A stretch of 64,000 bases of DNA from Bigelowiella natans CCMP2755. Taxonomy: Eukaryota > Protista > Cercozoa. Each line of letters starts with the position of its first letter. Positions within the stretch are counted from its first letter, which is position 1. The position numbers were made by a program, and so were the translations under genes. The stretch spans positions 7,419 to 71,418 of the forward strand of contig ADNK01001946.1 in NCBI GenBank assembly GCA_000320545.1, given 5' to 3'. Of the stretch, positions 24,629 to 37,586 are shown in pieces. The notes beneath the pieces were generated by a model, which was given only the letters and a program-made list of their open reading frames with translations, searched no databases and was not told where the DNA came from.

Positions 24629-25250
24629 CTTTATGTTTGGGAAGGCTATTATATCACTATCTATAGACAACTATGCACATATGCGACTACATACACAGCA
24701 ACAATGGCATGCATGATGTGCACGTGATCGATCGCAATGAGCAGCGCGAGGATCGAGCAACGTGCAATAATGCTGCAAGCGAAATGCAACGTTGTATTTT
24801 GTTTGCTAGCACAATTGGTTTGATGTGCTGTGCGTGCACATGTGTGTGTGTGTGTGTGTGTTTGTGTGTGTTGATGTTGATGTTGTGGCAACAAAACCAT
24901 GTTGTTTGTGACCCTGGAGACTTGTCTCCATGAGACACCTATCTAGTAGCTAGCTAGCCATGGACACTAGCTAGCTAGCACATCCTACATTTTGCAACAT
25001 GATAGTCATGCCGTGTACATGTTGTCAATGTGATGAACATTGTGTGAAGAACTATGCAGTGTAGTTATAGGGACCACATAGTTGCGATTGTGGTTGTCAC
25101 ATTTACCGGGGCAGGGCTACGACATGCATGCTGTGCGCCTGTTCATGCTCTGCAGTGTTCCTCAATTTGGCAATTCCACTTCTTATCACATTTACATAAT
25201 ATCTCATACTCATCATCAGTTGCCAACACACATCCGACCATCACAGCAAT
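24010..25250. other. Palindromic-tetramer (CATG/TGCA/CTAG/GTAC) intergenic tract 3; TpA-depleted core ~24690-25050
   Basis: Dense catg, tgca and gctagctagc; core TA mostly in CTAG/CTA/TAG. Confidence 0.7.
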
Positions 25251-25268
25251 GAGCTAAACATTTGGTCT

Positions 25269-26498
25269 TCATCCGTCATCTTCACGCTCATCTGCTTCGA
25301 GTTCACTAGGAAGTCGTTGATTCCCACAGGTAAGCGTTGAAAAGCACGGATGATCCTCAATATCGTCGTCTTCGATGTCTCCGCTAACATCTACCAGCAT
25401 AATCCATTCCTTCAAATCCGGACGATTCGGTGATACGATGGTCTCTATTGATCGCTTGCGAGCTGAATTGCGCATGGCATCCATCGTCGTCTTAGTAACA
25501 TTTAGAGAGTTGAGCGTACCCATCGCAAAGTTGTAAGGGTTATTCCAACTTAGATCTGCACAGAGCGTCTGTATGTGCGGATGAATGATAGGCTGTTCAT
25601 TGAGCGGGGACATGAGGCACGCATCATGAGTGAATGTCCGATCGAGGCTCCTCACGAGATTTAGAGGGAGGAGGTCCTTTGTCTCTTTCAATTTTGCCCC
25701 AGCTTCGGTCTGCAGCTCGTCGATGTAGTGTTCGACGAAAGCGCTTGTTGTGTTCTTGCTCTGGGCTGCCTGGTACATCTCATACGGGCGGGTGAGGGCG
25801 GCGTGAGCATCTTCGCGCTTGACGAAGTTGGCCCAATCTATCCATCGGTACCCATGCACGTCCTCAAAATTCCACATGCAGTGCGGGCGCACTGGAAGAT
25901 ACCATTGTGCGTCAGGGCGGGTTTTCATAACAAAGTCGAATTTCGTGTTTTCTTGCTTCTCATAGGCCTCGATGTCTTCCATGCAAGCCTGCATGCTTCG
26001 GAGTTGCCCAACAAGAGCCATCTCGTAGCTATTACATTCTTTAAATTCAGCGTTGGGGTTACATTTGAGGAGGTTGTCTTGTTCCACAAAACTCACTTTC
26101 GCAGGACTTAATGAATCGATTGCTACTTTAAGATCCTTGTCATCAATGGATTCTGAAGAAGGTTGAAAAGCAGATTGGTCCTGCGAGTGTAGCCTCATGA
26201 ACACCTTGAAGTCGCCACCAAATGCCTTGATCAAATTTTCTTGAATGGTTCTATGGGTGATCGGGTTTACGAAAGTTCTTGGAGATCCAGTAAGGCACAA
26301 GGCAACGTTTGGGCGCTTGTAGTTTGAACAGAGAAGGTCAGATACGGACATTGTTTGAGATTTTTTCCACATGGTCGCCTGTGACAAGCTATCTGCTCTC
26401 TCCGCAGTAAGAACGGTACTGCCGCTCGGCTGACTTCTAGTAAGAGCTGTTGCATGCTGTGCGAAGATGAAGGCGAGGGCGAGGATTGAACCCCACAT
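25269..26498 (-). CDS. Secretory-pathway protein, putative glycosyltransferase-like (intronless)
   Basis: 409-aa ORF with signal peptide MWGSILALAFIFAQHATA; motifs VALCLTGSPRTF and FDFVMKTRPD resemble the VAxCxSGxxR / YDxVIRxRPD family seen in algae and large DNA viruses. Confidence 0.75.
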   Translation of the reverse strand: MWGSILALAFIFAQHATALTRSQPSGSTVLTAERADSLSQATMWKKSQTMSVSDLLCSNYKRPNVALCLTGSPRTFVNPITHRTIQENLIKAFGGDFKVFMRLHSQDQSAFQPSSESIDDKDLKVAIDSLSPAKVSFVEQDNLLKCNPNAEFKECNSYEMALVGQLRSMQACMEDIEAYEKQENTKFDFVMKTRPDAQWYLPVRPHCMWNFEDVHGYRWIDWANFVKREDAHAALTRPYEMYQAAQSKNTTSAFVEHYIDELQTEAGAKLKETKDLLPLNLVRSLDRTFTHDACLMSPLNEQPIIHPHIQTLCADLSWNNPYNFAMGTLNSLNVTKTTMDAMRNSARKRSIETIVSPNRPDLKEWIMLVDVSGDIEDDDIEDHPCFSTLTCGNQRLPSELEADEREDDG

Positions 26499-26973
26499 CC
26501 TTCTCCAATGAGAAGAATCGTCAATTCAATTATTCAACAAACCATGTTGTTACTGCAAGGAATTGTCATAGCGAATTATAAGATAATAGAAGAGTATTTG
26601 AATGACGTAGGGACAAAACCGGATGATTTTGCTACATTATAATATTTCTGTGAGACTCTCCTAGGCTGACATCCCCAGATTAATTGCACACAAACGTGGT
26701 TCATCCTCGCATTTCATCTGAAACGGAGGAGACGGTGCAAATATCGCCTCTGTTATATATCCTGCGACAATAAGCTATCCTTCGCCATTAAAATGTAGAA
26801 CTTTTATTCGCAGTTTTTCTAATAGTTGATCTACCGGTAATCTAGTCATGTAACATTGTAAAATTACAGTCGAAAATGAAGGAACGACAATAAAAAAGGA
26901 GTCGTTTCATCTAAATAAGCGGATAAGAGGCGACATCAACCCATCAACTTTCCATCCTCCCCCGCAACTTGGA

Positions 26974-27870
26974 ATGACGCTGCTCGTTACCGCAATCGCT
27001 GCCTTCTCCCTTGCCCTACCGGTTCGATCAGATCCGGACATGCCCCACCTTACTCAGGCGTGGCAGGCTGAGTCCACTGGAGACGGTTTACCTGGTGCGG
27101 TCGGTAAGGAATCGTACATCTACGAGGAGTGCAAGAAGACCTCCGAGACCTGCTTGCAAGCTCACATTTTCGATTATGGGGCAGACAACTGCATCAAGAT
27201 CGAAGTTAACGGCGGTTTCAAATACCCTTACGGAGCCGTGGGATCAGGAACTTACTACGTCAAATGCGAGTCAGTTGACTGTTGCTATGCTGGCCAAGGA
27301 ACCGATGTTCCCAGCATTAAGAAATGGGACATCGGGCCTGAAAATCTGCTGACCAAAGTAAAATACCTCGGCAAGCGTGACACCACAGAGCTGTTCAACA
27401 ACTCTGTCCACGGGGCAGAGGTATGGAGCCAGACAACTTCCATCCCATTCTCCAAGATTGGCATCGACTACACTTTCTACGTTACTCGCAAAACAAACCC
27501 GGACAACACGACCGACGTCGTCACACACCGCATCGACTATTCTGTTCCCGGAGACACCAAAGTCAAGGCAGGCAGCATTTTGTACGGCGATTTCAAGGTG
27601 ATTAAAAACATCACCGCTTTCCGTGACTACTTCAGGCCCCCTCCAGTGTGCGAGGCCTCTTCAGTCAGATCCTGCGACGCTGAAAAAGTTAGGCAATGGG
27701 AGAGCAAGTACTTCAGCCGTTCTCAGCCACCGCAGTATGCGACCGATAAGGGCTCCTGTACCGGCCCTCACGAATTCTGCTGCCCGGCCCCTATGGACGA
27801 TGTCAACAACTGTCCGGCGGGGGCTCGAACCTCTGACTGCGACGCTAAGAAATCCTGTTGCTGTGCTTGA
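26974..27870 (+). CDS. Secreted cysteine-rich protein of unknown function (intronless)
   Basis: 298-aa ORF, signal peptide MTLLVTAIAAFSLALPVRS, coding-like codon usage, C-terminal Cys-rich module ending KSCCCA. Confidence 0.8.
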   Translation: MTLLVTAIAAFSLALPVRSDPDMPHLTQAWQAESTGDGLPGAVGKESYIYEECKKTSETCLQAHIFDYGADNCIKIEVNGGFKYPYGAVGSGTYYVKCESVDCCYAGQGTDVPSIKKWDIGPENLLTKVKYLGKRDTTELFNNSVHGAEVWSQTTSIPFSKIGIDYTFYVTRKTNPDNTTDVVTHRIDYSVPGDTKVKAGSILYGDFKVIKNITAFRDYFRPPPVCEASSVRSCDAEKVRQWESKYFSRSQPPQYATDKGSCTGPHEFCCPAPMDDVNNCPAGARTSDCDAKKSCCCA

Positions 27871-27999
27871 TCATTCTGCTGTACCACACAACTGGCGTGA
27901 GGCCGATTCAAACAGATGACATGTTGCGGTAGATTACGCACCGTCATTGTGGTAAAATGGAAAAGTAGATGCCTTAAACTTTGTTAAGTCGTTTGCATG

Positions 28000-29500
28000 C
28001 GTGCCCTACGAGCTAATAGACATCGTATCTGCTACATAGCTAGCACCTGCTATGTGTTTTATTGGTGAAGGTCATTCGCATTTACATTACTTACAGAGTT
28101 TGGCAAATTAATAAATTGTGAGCAAGTGCAAATTAATTTGTCTGTGGCTAGCTAGCTCTAGAGATGACTCCGTATGTGCTCAATGGCTGCATGCGAGACT
28201 GCGAGACCACACACATTACAGCGATGTTATTTTTTTGTGCGGCCATGACAATAGTAAGTCGCACATCATGGAGCCGCATACATGTAGCAGGCCTCTTCCC
28301 ATTATTATTCGATAGTGCTTATATGAGTAATTTGATCGATCGATACGTCAGTGCATTGCATGCTCTATGTCTAGATGTCTAATGCTGCATGCTAGCAGGT
28401 TGCACATACGTACTAGCTGCGTACGTGTACAATCAATTTACGCATGACTTACATGTACATCCACCAGATGCAAATGATGTGTGCTGCATGTGTGCTCGAT
28501 CTGTGCGTGCCCAAAACATGTATCACATTACAGCTCCGTCAAACCCGGTAACGACGGGGTTGTGAACAGTGCAGCGCTTTGCAACGCGCTTTGAAGCAGC
28601 AGGCAGTCGCAGTTGGTCAAAGAAAAGTCATCAAAACTTGTCCGATGGCCAAACCTCAAAAATGACCGAAATGTTGACCCAAGCGTCCATTTTCAAGGCC
28701 TCAGTGAGCGCGCAAAGTGTGAAATTTCACACCCGTTGTGCAGAGGATGCACGCTGTGCATTTCTTCTCTGCCACATTTTGAATGATTTTGCGCGTGTGT
28801 TCAACCAAATGTGATATGCACGAAAAATTTCAAAGAAATGCGAGCAAATCCAATGTCCATCACATCACACGACGCGCTTGATCGCGCGCAAATGCTTCCA
28901 AATGCATGTTCTGGCGATTCGTTACAGGTTTGACGGAGCTGTGATACGCGTACAAACATGTGTGTGCAGCGCATGCGAAAAACTTGTAAAACAAGCAGCC
29001 GCGCGCGCACTTTGTTGTGTTGCATGTCCAGATAGCTGCAATCGATGCGCACATGCGACAATAATATTGAAAAAAATGATGGACACAGCAATGATATGTG
29101 TGTCGTAGCACGTTGCGCATGTCCATCATGAAAAACAATGCATTCACATCACATTCGTTTCATGCGGTTTGCGAACAGTGCAGGCGACATAAATGTGCCC
29201 AATAATAATGATGCCGCCAGTCGAGCAATGCTAGAATGACGAACAACAGCTTGCACGACTTTTTCCTTTGAAACAAACCTAATTATAATCATCACCAGCT
29301 GCTGTGCCTACGTCAAAAAGTCTGCATCAAAACGCACAACGAAGCATGCATGCTGCTCAGTCATTATAGCCTGGCTTTGACATACAACAGTATACATGCG
29401 CGCATAAATCACGCGACGACGCGTTAACAGCAGCGCGACTGAATTCCAGCATGGGTAAATGAGGTTGAAACTAGCATGCAAGTTGTACCCTCGTGGTTCG
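28000..29500. other. Palindromic-tetramer intergenic tract 4 with TpA-free core
   Basis: No TA at all in 28551-28814; flanks rich in catg/tgca/ctag. Confidence 0.8.
28531..28941. mobile_element. 411-bp MITE, Tc1/mariner-pogo type
   Basis: Left TIR cagctccgtcaaacccggtaacga (28531-28554); right TIR reverse complement cagctccgtcaaacctgtaacga (28919-28941); flanked by TA (28529-30) and TG (28942-43); internal 16-bp palindrome gtgtgaaatttcacac (28717-28732). Confidence 0.85.
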
Positions 29501-30177
29501 CACAGTCAGGACATGCGAGACGACTAAAGCGCACTTAGCTGCTCCGTCGGTATCTTCTCCATGCAATTAGACCGAAGACTGCACATCCCACTGCCGTCTG
29601 AAGAAAACAAAATAACCAGTAATTGAACGATGGAAATGATCGATGCCGGGGGACCAAAAGAAAGTCGTTTTGTGTCATAAATCAGCAGAGGGCGAATGGT
29701 GTATATTGCTGGCGCCTAGTCACAGCTTCTAGCTTGCGTCGCCAGATCTAGTTCTACATTCATCGCTCTACGTTGCATGCGAGTGGTAAAATGCAAAGAT
29801 CGACGGATCGGCCTTGGCATTTCGAATATCTGTTTTCTGCGTTTTTCCGGTTCCGTGATAATGGTTCGGTGTCACTACCACCACCACCACCACCACTGCT
29901 ACTGCTGCTGCTACTACTACTACTACTACCACTATGCCGCTGAAGACTGGGGCCATGTGTCCGAATGTGCTTTTTTCACTTGGAAGCTGATTGTTTGAGC
30001 GAACGCGATCATCATCATCATCATCATCGTCATCATCATTATCGCAGTGGCTCAGAGGACAAAATTGCTACATACGCCCACCCAAGGACACAGCTCAAAG
30101 CAAAGTTTCAACAGCAGCTCAAATGGCTTCATAGACCCGCGACAATACAAATAAAATAGATAAATATTTTACATATT

Positions 30178-30221
<44 letters not shown>

Positions 30222-30296
30222 CATCATACATTTTCTTCCCTCTCGTGCACTATTCGCACCGACAGTGCAAGTTCCGTGCCTCCATCCACACCCCCA

Positions 30297-30603
30297 TCAC
30301 CACACAAACGCTTCGATGTCGTTGGATGCGGACGGAGCCCCCCTTCCAAAGCTACACACACACACACGCAAACACCACACCAAACACACATTACCTTTGC
30401 GCTCGACTTCGAGGTGTAGAGCTTGCTGATCTCCTTCTGCTGCAGCTCTCGCGCGTGCGTTTGGTCGTCGGAGTCGAGAGGCGAAGTGATAATGGCCTGT
30501 GGTTGATGTGATTGCTGTTATTGCTGCTGCTGTTTCTGCTTGTTGGCTTCACGCGCGTGAGCAAGCCATGCTCGTAGAGCACACATAAACACAAATAGAA
30601 GAT

Positions 30604-30638
<35 letters not shown>

Positions 30639-30795
30639 TGTCTATAACATCATAACTTGTTTTAAATTCACTCGTATTGCTACGGTGCTACTGTATCACC
30701 TCCAACACAGCGATGGCAGCCTGCCTTTCCATGAAGGCCTTTCAATAATATACGGGGCGGCGTTTTGTCACTTCATCAAGCACATGAAGACACAC

Positions 30796-30827
<32 letters not shown>

Positions 30828-31031
30828 AAATATTAAATATATATATATATATATATATATATACTCTATAAGGCTTTGCGCGCTTACCGTCTCCTCCTTA
30901 CTCAAGAAATCATTCGATCTGAACATCCACAAACAAGCAACCAGAGCAAAGCAGGCGAGGGGTGAAAAAGCAATCACAGCACAAACGCCCCGCAGCAAAG
31001 ATAGCAGAGCATGCGTCTCTCTCTCCCCCCC

Positions 31032-31075
<44 letters not shown>

Positions 31076-32341
31076 CTTTTGTTATTTTCTTTTTTAAATG
31101 TATATTTCTAGTATTATTCTCGGAGAAACATGCTCGCCGTTCAGAAAGGCGGACTCCAGAGCATGCTGGCCTTATTCTTCACGAATGAGCGACTCTCTAC
31201 GAGCTATTGTTTATGCTTTCATGTGGGGGTGTTTGACTAGGCTCTATTCGCTGTATTCATGGGGGGGGAAATACAGCGATAAAGACGTATCAACTCCCTT
31301 GTCCCAGCAGCAGGTACCAGCAGCGACGGCAATAACAACAATAGTCGCCATTGCGCGTGATGCTGCTAGTCGCTGCCGGAGGAGGTCGGTCTCCCCTGCA
31401 ATGGTTGACCGTGAGAAAATGAAGGAGGAGTTTCTCGGGCCATCAGGACAGGGGGGTCAAAATGCTTTTGAACACGAGGATGCAGCATTCACTCACATCG
31501 TTTGCGTGAGAAGACGAAGAAGAAGAAGAAAAAGAAAAAGAAAAGAAGAAACGACGATGGGGATGAGGATGATGATGATCTCAGCCGCGAAGAAGCATAG
31601 AATCCACATCCCAGATCTCATCAATCAATCAATTTTCCATCATGCATCGAAGGGGAAAGACTCACCGCCGTTGTGCTAAGACAATCGCGCAGCCTGCCGC
31701 GCGGATTTTGTTTCTGGCGGCGTTCTCCGCTAGGTGGAGGAGGTGACCCGTCTTTTTTTTAAATTTCAAAACAAGATAAATTCAACGATTCAGATACAGC
31801 AGATCATGATGATGATGATGATGATGATGATAATGATGATAATGATGATGATGATGGTGGTGGTGATGATGATGATGATGATAGTGGTAGTGGCGATGAT
31901 GATAAATTAATCAATCGCTGCATGCTGGCTCGGCGAAGCATCAGCAACTTGCACGGAACCCCCCCCCTCCCCATAGGAAGAAAGATACTTGCGATCTGCA
32001 CGATAGGGCAGCCAGCGTGCTCTCGAAAAGCATCATAAAAACCCTTTTTAAGTGGTAGCCATTGTCATCATCGTCGATGCTAATTTGTGTCTACTCTCCT
32101 CAATGCCCCTTTAGTCTACTACACCAACCTCCATTTCCAACGTCACTGACTCAGGGTGGATCTCCATCAGCTCATCGATGAGTCTGATTTTCACATTGAA
32201 AAGACATCAGCAGTAGCAGCAGCGCCATTGTTTGCATGAGCAGATTTTCGATATAAACGCATCATTAAAGCTGCAGGCGGAGGCGGGTAGGAAAATATGC
32301 AAGCTTCCTCCGTGTAAGAATCAACAGCTAGCATATTGCAC

Positions 32342-32407
<66 letters not shown>

Positions 32408-34000
32408 TTGTATGTTTGTGTGTGCGTCCATACTGGTCATTGTGATCGTTGAACCATGGATCTTGACGGCCTGCGATATTTTCCGTCAAGCAACCACCCG
32501 ACAACAACAACGACAACAACAACAGCAGCAGCAGCAGCGAAGAATAACGAATCCGTTCAAACCGCTCACGCAAATGAGAGCAATCTCTCACTGCAGCAGC
32601 CAAAGCACGCCTTTAGAGCTACTATCTACGATGATGGCATTCTTTCTCAGTGTTTAATTTCCCCCCCTGTTTCTCAAACGCACATGCTCTCGTTTGGCCT
32701 CTTGTGTTTCGATCATTTCTTAAGTGGGATGATTCAGCAGCGGCGCCGTCCTCCTCCTCCCCCCCCCTCGCCGCCGCCAGCATGCATATATACCTTGAGA
32801 TCCATAGAACGAGTCGCATGTAGCTCCTGTTCCCCTCACAACCTAGTGAGATATAGCACGATGATAGAGCATTGGAAGAAGGAAGAGAGGGGGGATTCAT
32901 TGCAGGCAATCCAACAAGTGTCATCGATTCGTCTTCAAATCGAGGGGTAGCAATTCTTTCATTAGTCCCTCCCTCACCTCCCTTCCTTCCCCCACCCCTC
33001 CCCTGACCCTTGGCATTGCTGCTCTATCTTTCAATTCATGCGACAAGCAGCACTGGGCCTACTTACGGGATACTTCTCGATTCTCTTCGAAAGCTCACGC
33101 TCGAGGGCTGCTGAGAGCGCCGCATCAGCCTGTTGGGGATTTGCGGCAATTTTTATTATATTACACGTGTCTTCGCTGTTGTTGTTGGGGGATTTGAAGC
33201 ACTATTATTATTATTACTATTATTATTATTATTATTAAATCTTACTATTAGACGTGTCGTAGCCAAGGCGGGCGCGACGAAACGGGTGGAAATCTCGTTC
33301 CTTCCTAGCCCCGCTACCACTGCTACTACTTCAACTACAAGCATACTTGCGGTGAATCAAATCCTCCTCCTCCTCCTCCTACTACTACTAGTACTGATGC
33401 TACTACTACTACTACTACCGGGATAGGATTCGAAATCGTGTAGTATTTCCCCATTTGCTTCGCTCCGTTCTTGAGCTCTTTCTGAGGAATGGAGGGGGAG
33501 GGGGAGGATAAGGAGGAGGGGGAGGGAGGGGGGGGGGTTAGCACCGTGGGCCAACGCCGGTTTATGCAGTAGGAGACACATTTTTCAAGTTTTCGAGCTC
33601 CTTCTCTCTTTATTCTCATCTTTCCTTTTTTTTTTGGATGGGGCCGAGCGAATAACAAGCTGGATTTTCTCTCAAATAATGCCCTGTTTCACCCTCTCGC
33701 CCTCCCCACCTTCGCCTTCACGAAGCCATCGTAGTTCCGGGTGATGAGCACGCAGCGGTCGTTGACGGTTACTGGTGGATAGGAATAGACAGAGCGACAA
33801 AGATTAGCGGGCGTTTCGCCGTCCGCGACGCACAGAGCCGCGGTCTTTTCCCTACTGATTTGATTGACCGCACGGCACTGAACACTCTCTTTCATTCTGA
33901 ATAAGCGCAATATACCCGTTCCTATTGCGACTTTAGTCGAAGGCGTTCCGCAAGTGCCGAGCCTCAGGAACATTAGCGTCCCATCGACGCAAGAGTTAAC
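30297..34000 (-). CDS. Uridine/purine nucleoside phosphorylase (PNP_UDP_1 family), N-terminal part missing
   Basis: Exons read VNSCVDGTLMFLRLGTCG, CVLITRNYDGF, YYTISNPIP-ADAALSAAL, VVRGTGATCDSFYGSQGRQDPWFNDHND, LIDELMEIHPESVTLEME-TGHLLHLA, IRAAGCAIVLAQRR-SNDFLS, ending AFVW* at 30297. Confidence 0.8.
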
Positions 34001-34306
34001 CTGGTAAGACGAGGAGAAGGGGGGGGGGGGGGGAACGGGGCACACCCAAAGAAGTGTCAATCCCGCACAAACTATTTGATGATAACAAAAAGAAGACTCA
34101 AAAGCCAACGCAGTGTTCCTTATCTAGACAACGATTTAGCCTCCCATGGATTCTCTCGCATGCTCAAACAACAGCAATCTCGCATGGCTGTGTGCGTCCA
34201 CGGGGGGAAAAACCACTGAGTAGCACAACAACAGAGACGCGTCGATAGCGCCGGCTGGATGCTTGATTCATTCCGCCCAAGCTTAACCGACATATCGAGG
34301 CAGTAC

Positions 34307-34508
34307 CTGGGAGAAATGCTTTGTGGGCCTTCGTGCACGTTCAGAGCTGCTCCGACCCCATGGCCAGTTCCATGCAGGTAGTTCAGCCCCCCCTCCCACA
34401 GCGGTCGTCGCGCATACGCATCTGTTTATGAGCGCATGGGCAACCAATACAACACGGCTAGTATTACATACGAACATTTATCTCCAACAGGTATGAAGAG
34501 CTATATAT

Positions 34509-34542
<34 letters not shown>

Positions 34543-34819
34543 AGGAAATGTCGTAGTCTTTGCGGCAGCGCCATCACCAAGAACGTGGCCCGGCGTGTTC
34601 TCTGGCCAAACGCTTTGGTCTACGGCGATGTGCCCTTTCAAGACGCGGGTGTACACCTCCCTGCGACGAGCGGTGGGAGGGGGAAGGAACCACGCGGTAA
34701 CAAGCACAGGTCTCATTAGAATTGGTGATGATGGTGTTGTTGGTGTTGTTGTTGTTGTCTTTTGTTGTAGTAAGAAGGTTGTCAGTTGTTTGCGGACATA
34801 TACAGACACACACACATAC

Positions 34820-34869
<50 letters not shown>

Positions 34870-35150
34870 TCGCGCGCGCGCGCGCAAACAACGGAGGAGC
34901 AAAGCGTGGAGATTCCTTTGCTATCACCTCCCTCCCCCCCCCCTCCCTGATCACAGATATCCGTCGCACAGTATCACGCAGCTGGTTTCTACGGCTTACT
35001 TTTGGAAGGGTGTCGGTTGGGCTGCGTCACCTCCAAAGTGATATACCCGCGTGCAATCGGTTGTTCCGCACTCATACTGCCCACCTAGAGTGCATGCATG
35101 CGCACGTATGATCGATTTGTATCAACGTTGCTGCAATATTATGTGTGTAT

Positions 35151-35192
<42 letters not shown>

Positions 35193-35308
35193 TATCTTAT
35201 ATATCCCGGGCGTATGCTGTGTGCGTTTGTGGGTGTGCGTGTGTGTGTGTGTGTGTGGGAAATATAAATCCATAATAAATAGTAGCACCATACTTGCGGG
35301 TATTTTTT

Positions 35309-35355
<47 letters not shown>

Positions 35356-35804
35356 TATATTTCCTCCCTCCCTCTCTCTTTCTCCTGGTTGCCATCACCA
35401 AAGACCAAAGACACATGATTTAATGCAAACGCACAGTACCGCTATCAACAAGAAGCATACTTCCCTGATAATATAATTAATATATATATATATATATATA
35501 TATAAGAAATAAAGAGAGAGAGATATCAAAAGAAAAGCTAGAGAAAAAGAGTAAAGGCAATATCCCTTATAAACGCAATACAACGAAAACACCCACAGCA
35601 AAGCAAAAGCGAAGGGTGAGGGGAGGGCAGGAGGGGGGAAAGACTCCAAAGCAAACAGCAGCAGCAGCAAAGAGCGCACCGCCTTGATTCCCCTCGCAGT
35701 GTCTTTAGCAGCTCGATAATGGATTACAGCACCGTTAGGGCCCTATTAATCGACGTACATCTCTCTTCACAATCCCCCAAAATATTTCAAAAAAGGAAAA
35801 TATA

Positions 35805-35846
<42 letters not shown>

Positions 35847-35891
35847 GTTCATTACTGAAGTCGGACATGGGCGTCTCATGTATCAATATAT

Positions 35892-35931
<40 letters not shown>

Positions 35932-37311
35932 GATACTCGTATCATACCTCCCCTACAATGGAGGGGAAACTCGGTTCGAAAAAGCCAGACTGCAAAAAAA
36001 AAAGAGGGGGGGGAGCGGGGGGGGTGGAGGGGGGCGGGAGGAGGAAGAAAGAGGTTATTCAAACAGTAGCTGCAGGGGTAGCGGCACTGCTAAGAGGCAT
36101 CTTTGAACAACTCTCTTGCCGATCTCTTTCCTACCTGCTCCGCCCGGAAATTAGCAAGCTCAGCACCGGCTACATATTCGCTGACCTTTATAACGTACAC
36201 GCATAACGTTAGCATCAGCGCCGCTGCATCGTAATGTGTATCCGATGATATTCGAAAACAATCAAAATCAAAATCAAAATCGTGGTTTGGTAGCGTCGTT
36301 GCGCGCGAGGCTTGTCACCGTCTCTCCCTTCTTCGTTAGCGCGTCCATCCAGGCGAAGAACTTTGCTAGTGCGACACCGTCGCGAAGATGCGCCTCACGC
36401 ATTCCAGCCTACATGCATGATGGTGATGATGGTGATGATGGTGATGATGGTGATGATAGTGATGATGGTGATGATAGTGAGGTTGAAACTCAATCGCCTT
36501 CTTTGCCCTTTGTTGTGTTGTTGCTTTGTGTGCTCTTCGTCTTTTGTGCGTTGGAAAGAAAAAAGGCTATTTTTTTTTGGTGATTCTATTTATTACGAGT
36601 TCGGCCTCATTCTTGGTTGCTTTAGGCATGTCGATTGGAGAGGGCCTCTCAATGAACGAGTCGCTTTTCTCTTCTGAGATAGTTGTAGCAGCAGCAGCAG
36701 CAGCAGCAGCAGTCGTGGTAGTTAGTTATAGTCGTGGTAGTAGTACGTGGTAGTAGTGGAAGGAATAGTAGTAGTAGTAGTAGTAGTGAAACATCGTCTT
36801 AGAATTGCTTCTTCGCAGTGGACAAAATCAAACGACAACGACGATGACGATCTAATGTATTTTCACTTATTGCCTTTCGCCGCGTTTTTCAGGCCGATGC
36901 TGGTTGTCGCAGGGTCGAAGGCAATACGCTTTCCTTCCCTCACGACAGATTTCACGCCTTCAATGACCTGTCACCAATGAAGCAGCATCAGCAGCAGCAT
37001 CATCATCATCATCAACAACAACAACACCATCACCAACATCGAGTCGCTTAATGCTCAAACTAATGCATGCAGCATCCTTCGCCCAGCATTTTCCTTTTAC
37101 ATTACGCATTCACGTCAAATAGCCGCTCGGCATGCCTCCTCGAGCCTTTGCTATAGCGAGAAGAATACCCACCTTGTCGTACTCGTAGAAGGCGACCTTG
37201 CTCTCCTCCAGCTTGCCTCGCACCACGTCTGAGACCTTCTCTGAGCTCACGAACAGCCGAACCTTTGTATCAAATATAAAATAAATAAGTATACATATAC
37301 AAATATAAATA

Positions 37312-37350
<39 letters not shown>

Positions 37351-37554
37351 CCTCTCACCTGGTCCATCTCCACAATCGCATAGGCGAGGGGTACGGGGTT
37401 ACACCTGTTATTATTGCAAATCCCGGGGGAAGTAAAGCCGGTGAATATAAAAACGAAGTACAAGATCGATCGATAGTAATGCAGCTACGATAAAGAATGC
37501 TCCTTCCGACTCGAGGTCATCACGGCATCGTTTTGAGTCATCAATGGTAGTTTC

Positions 37555-37586
<32 letters not shown>

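Noticed and set aside
29500-30200. Possible additional small gene between tract 4 and the phosphorylase 3' end
   Set aside because: No consistent exon chain or motif could be assembled.
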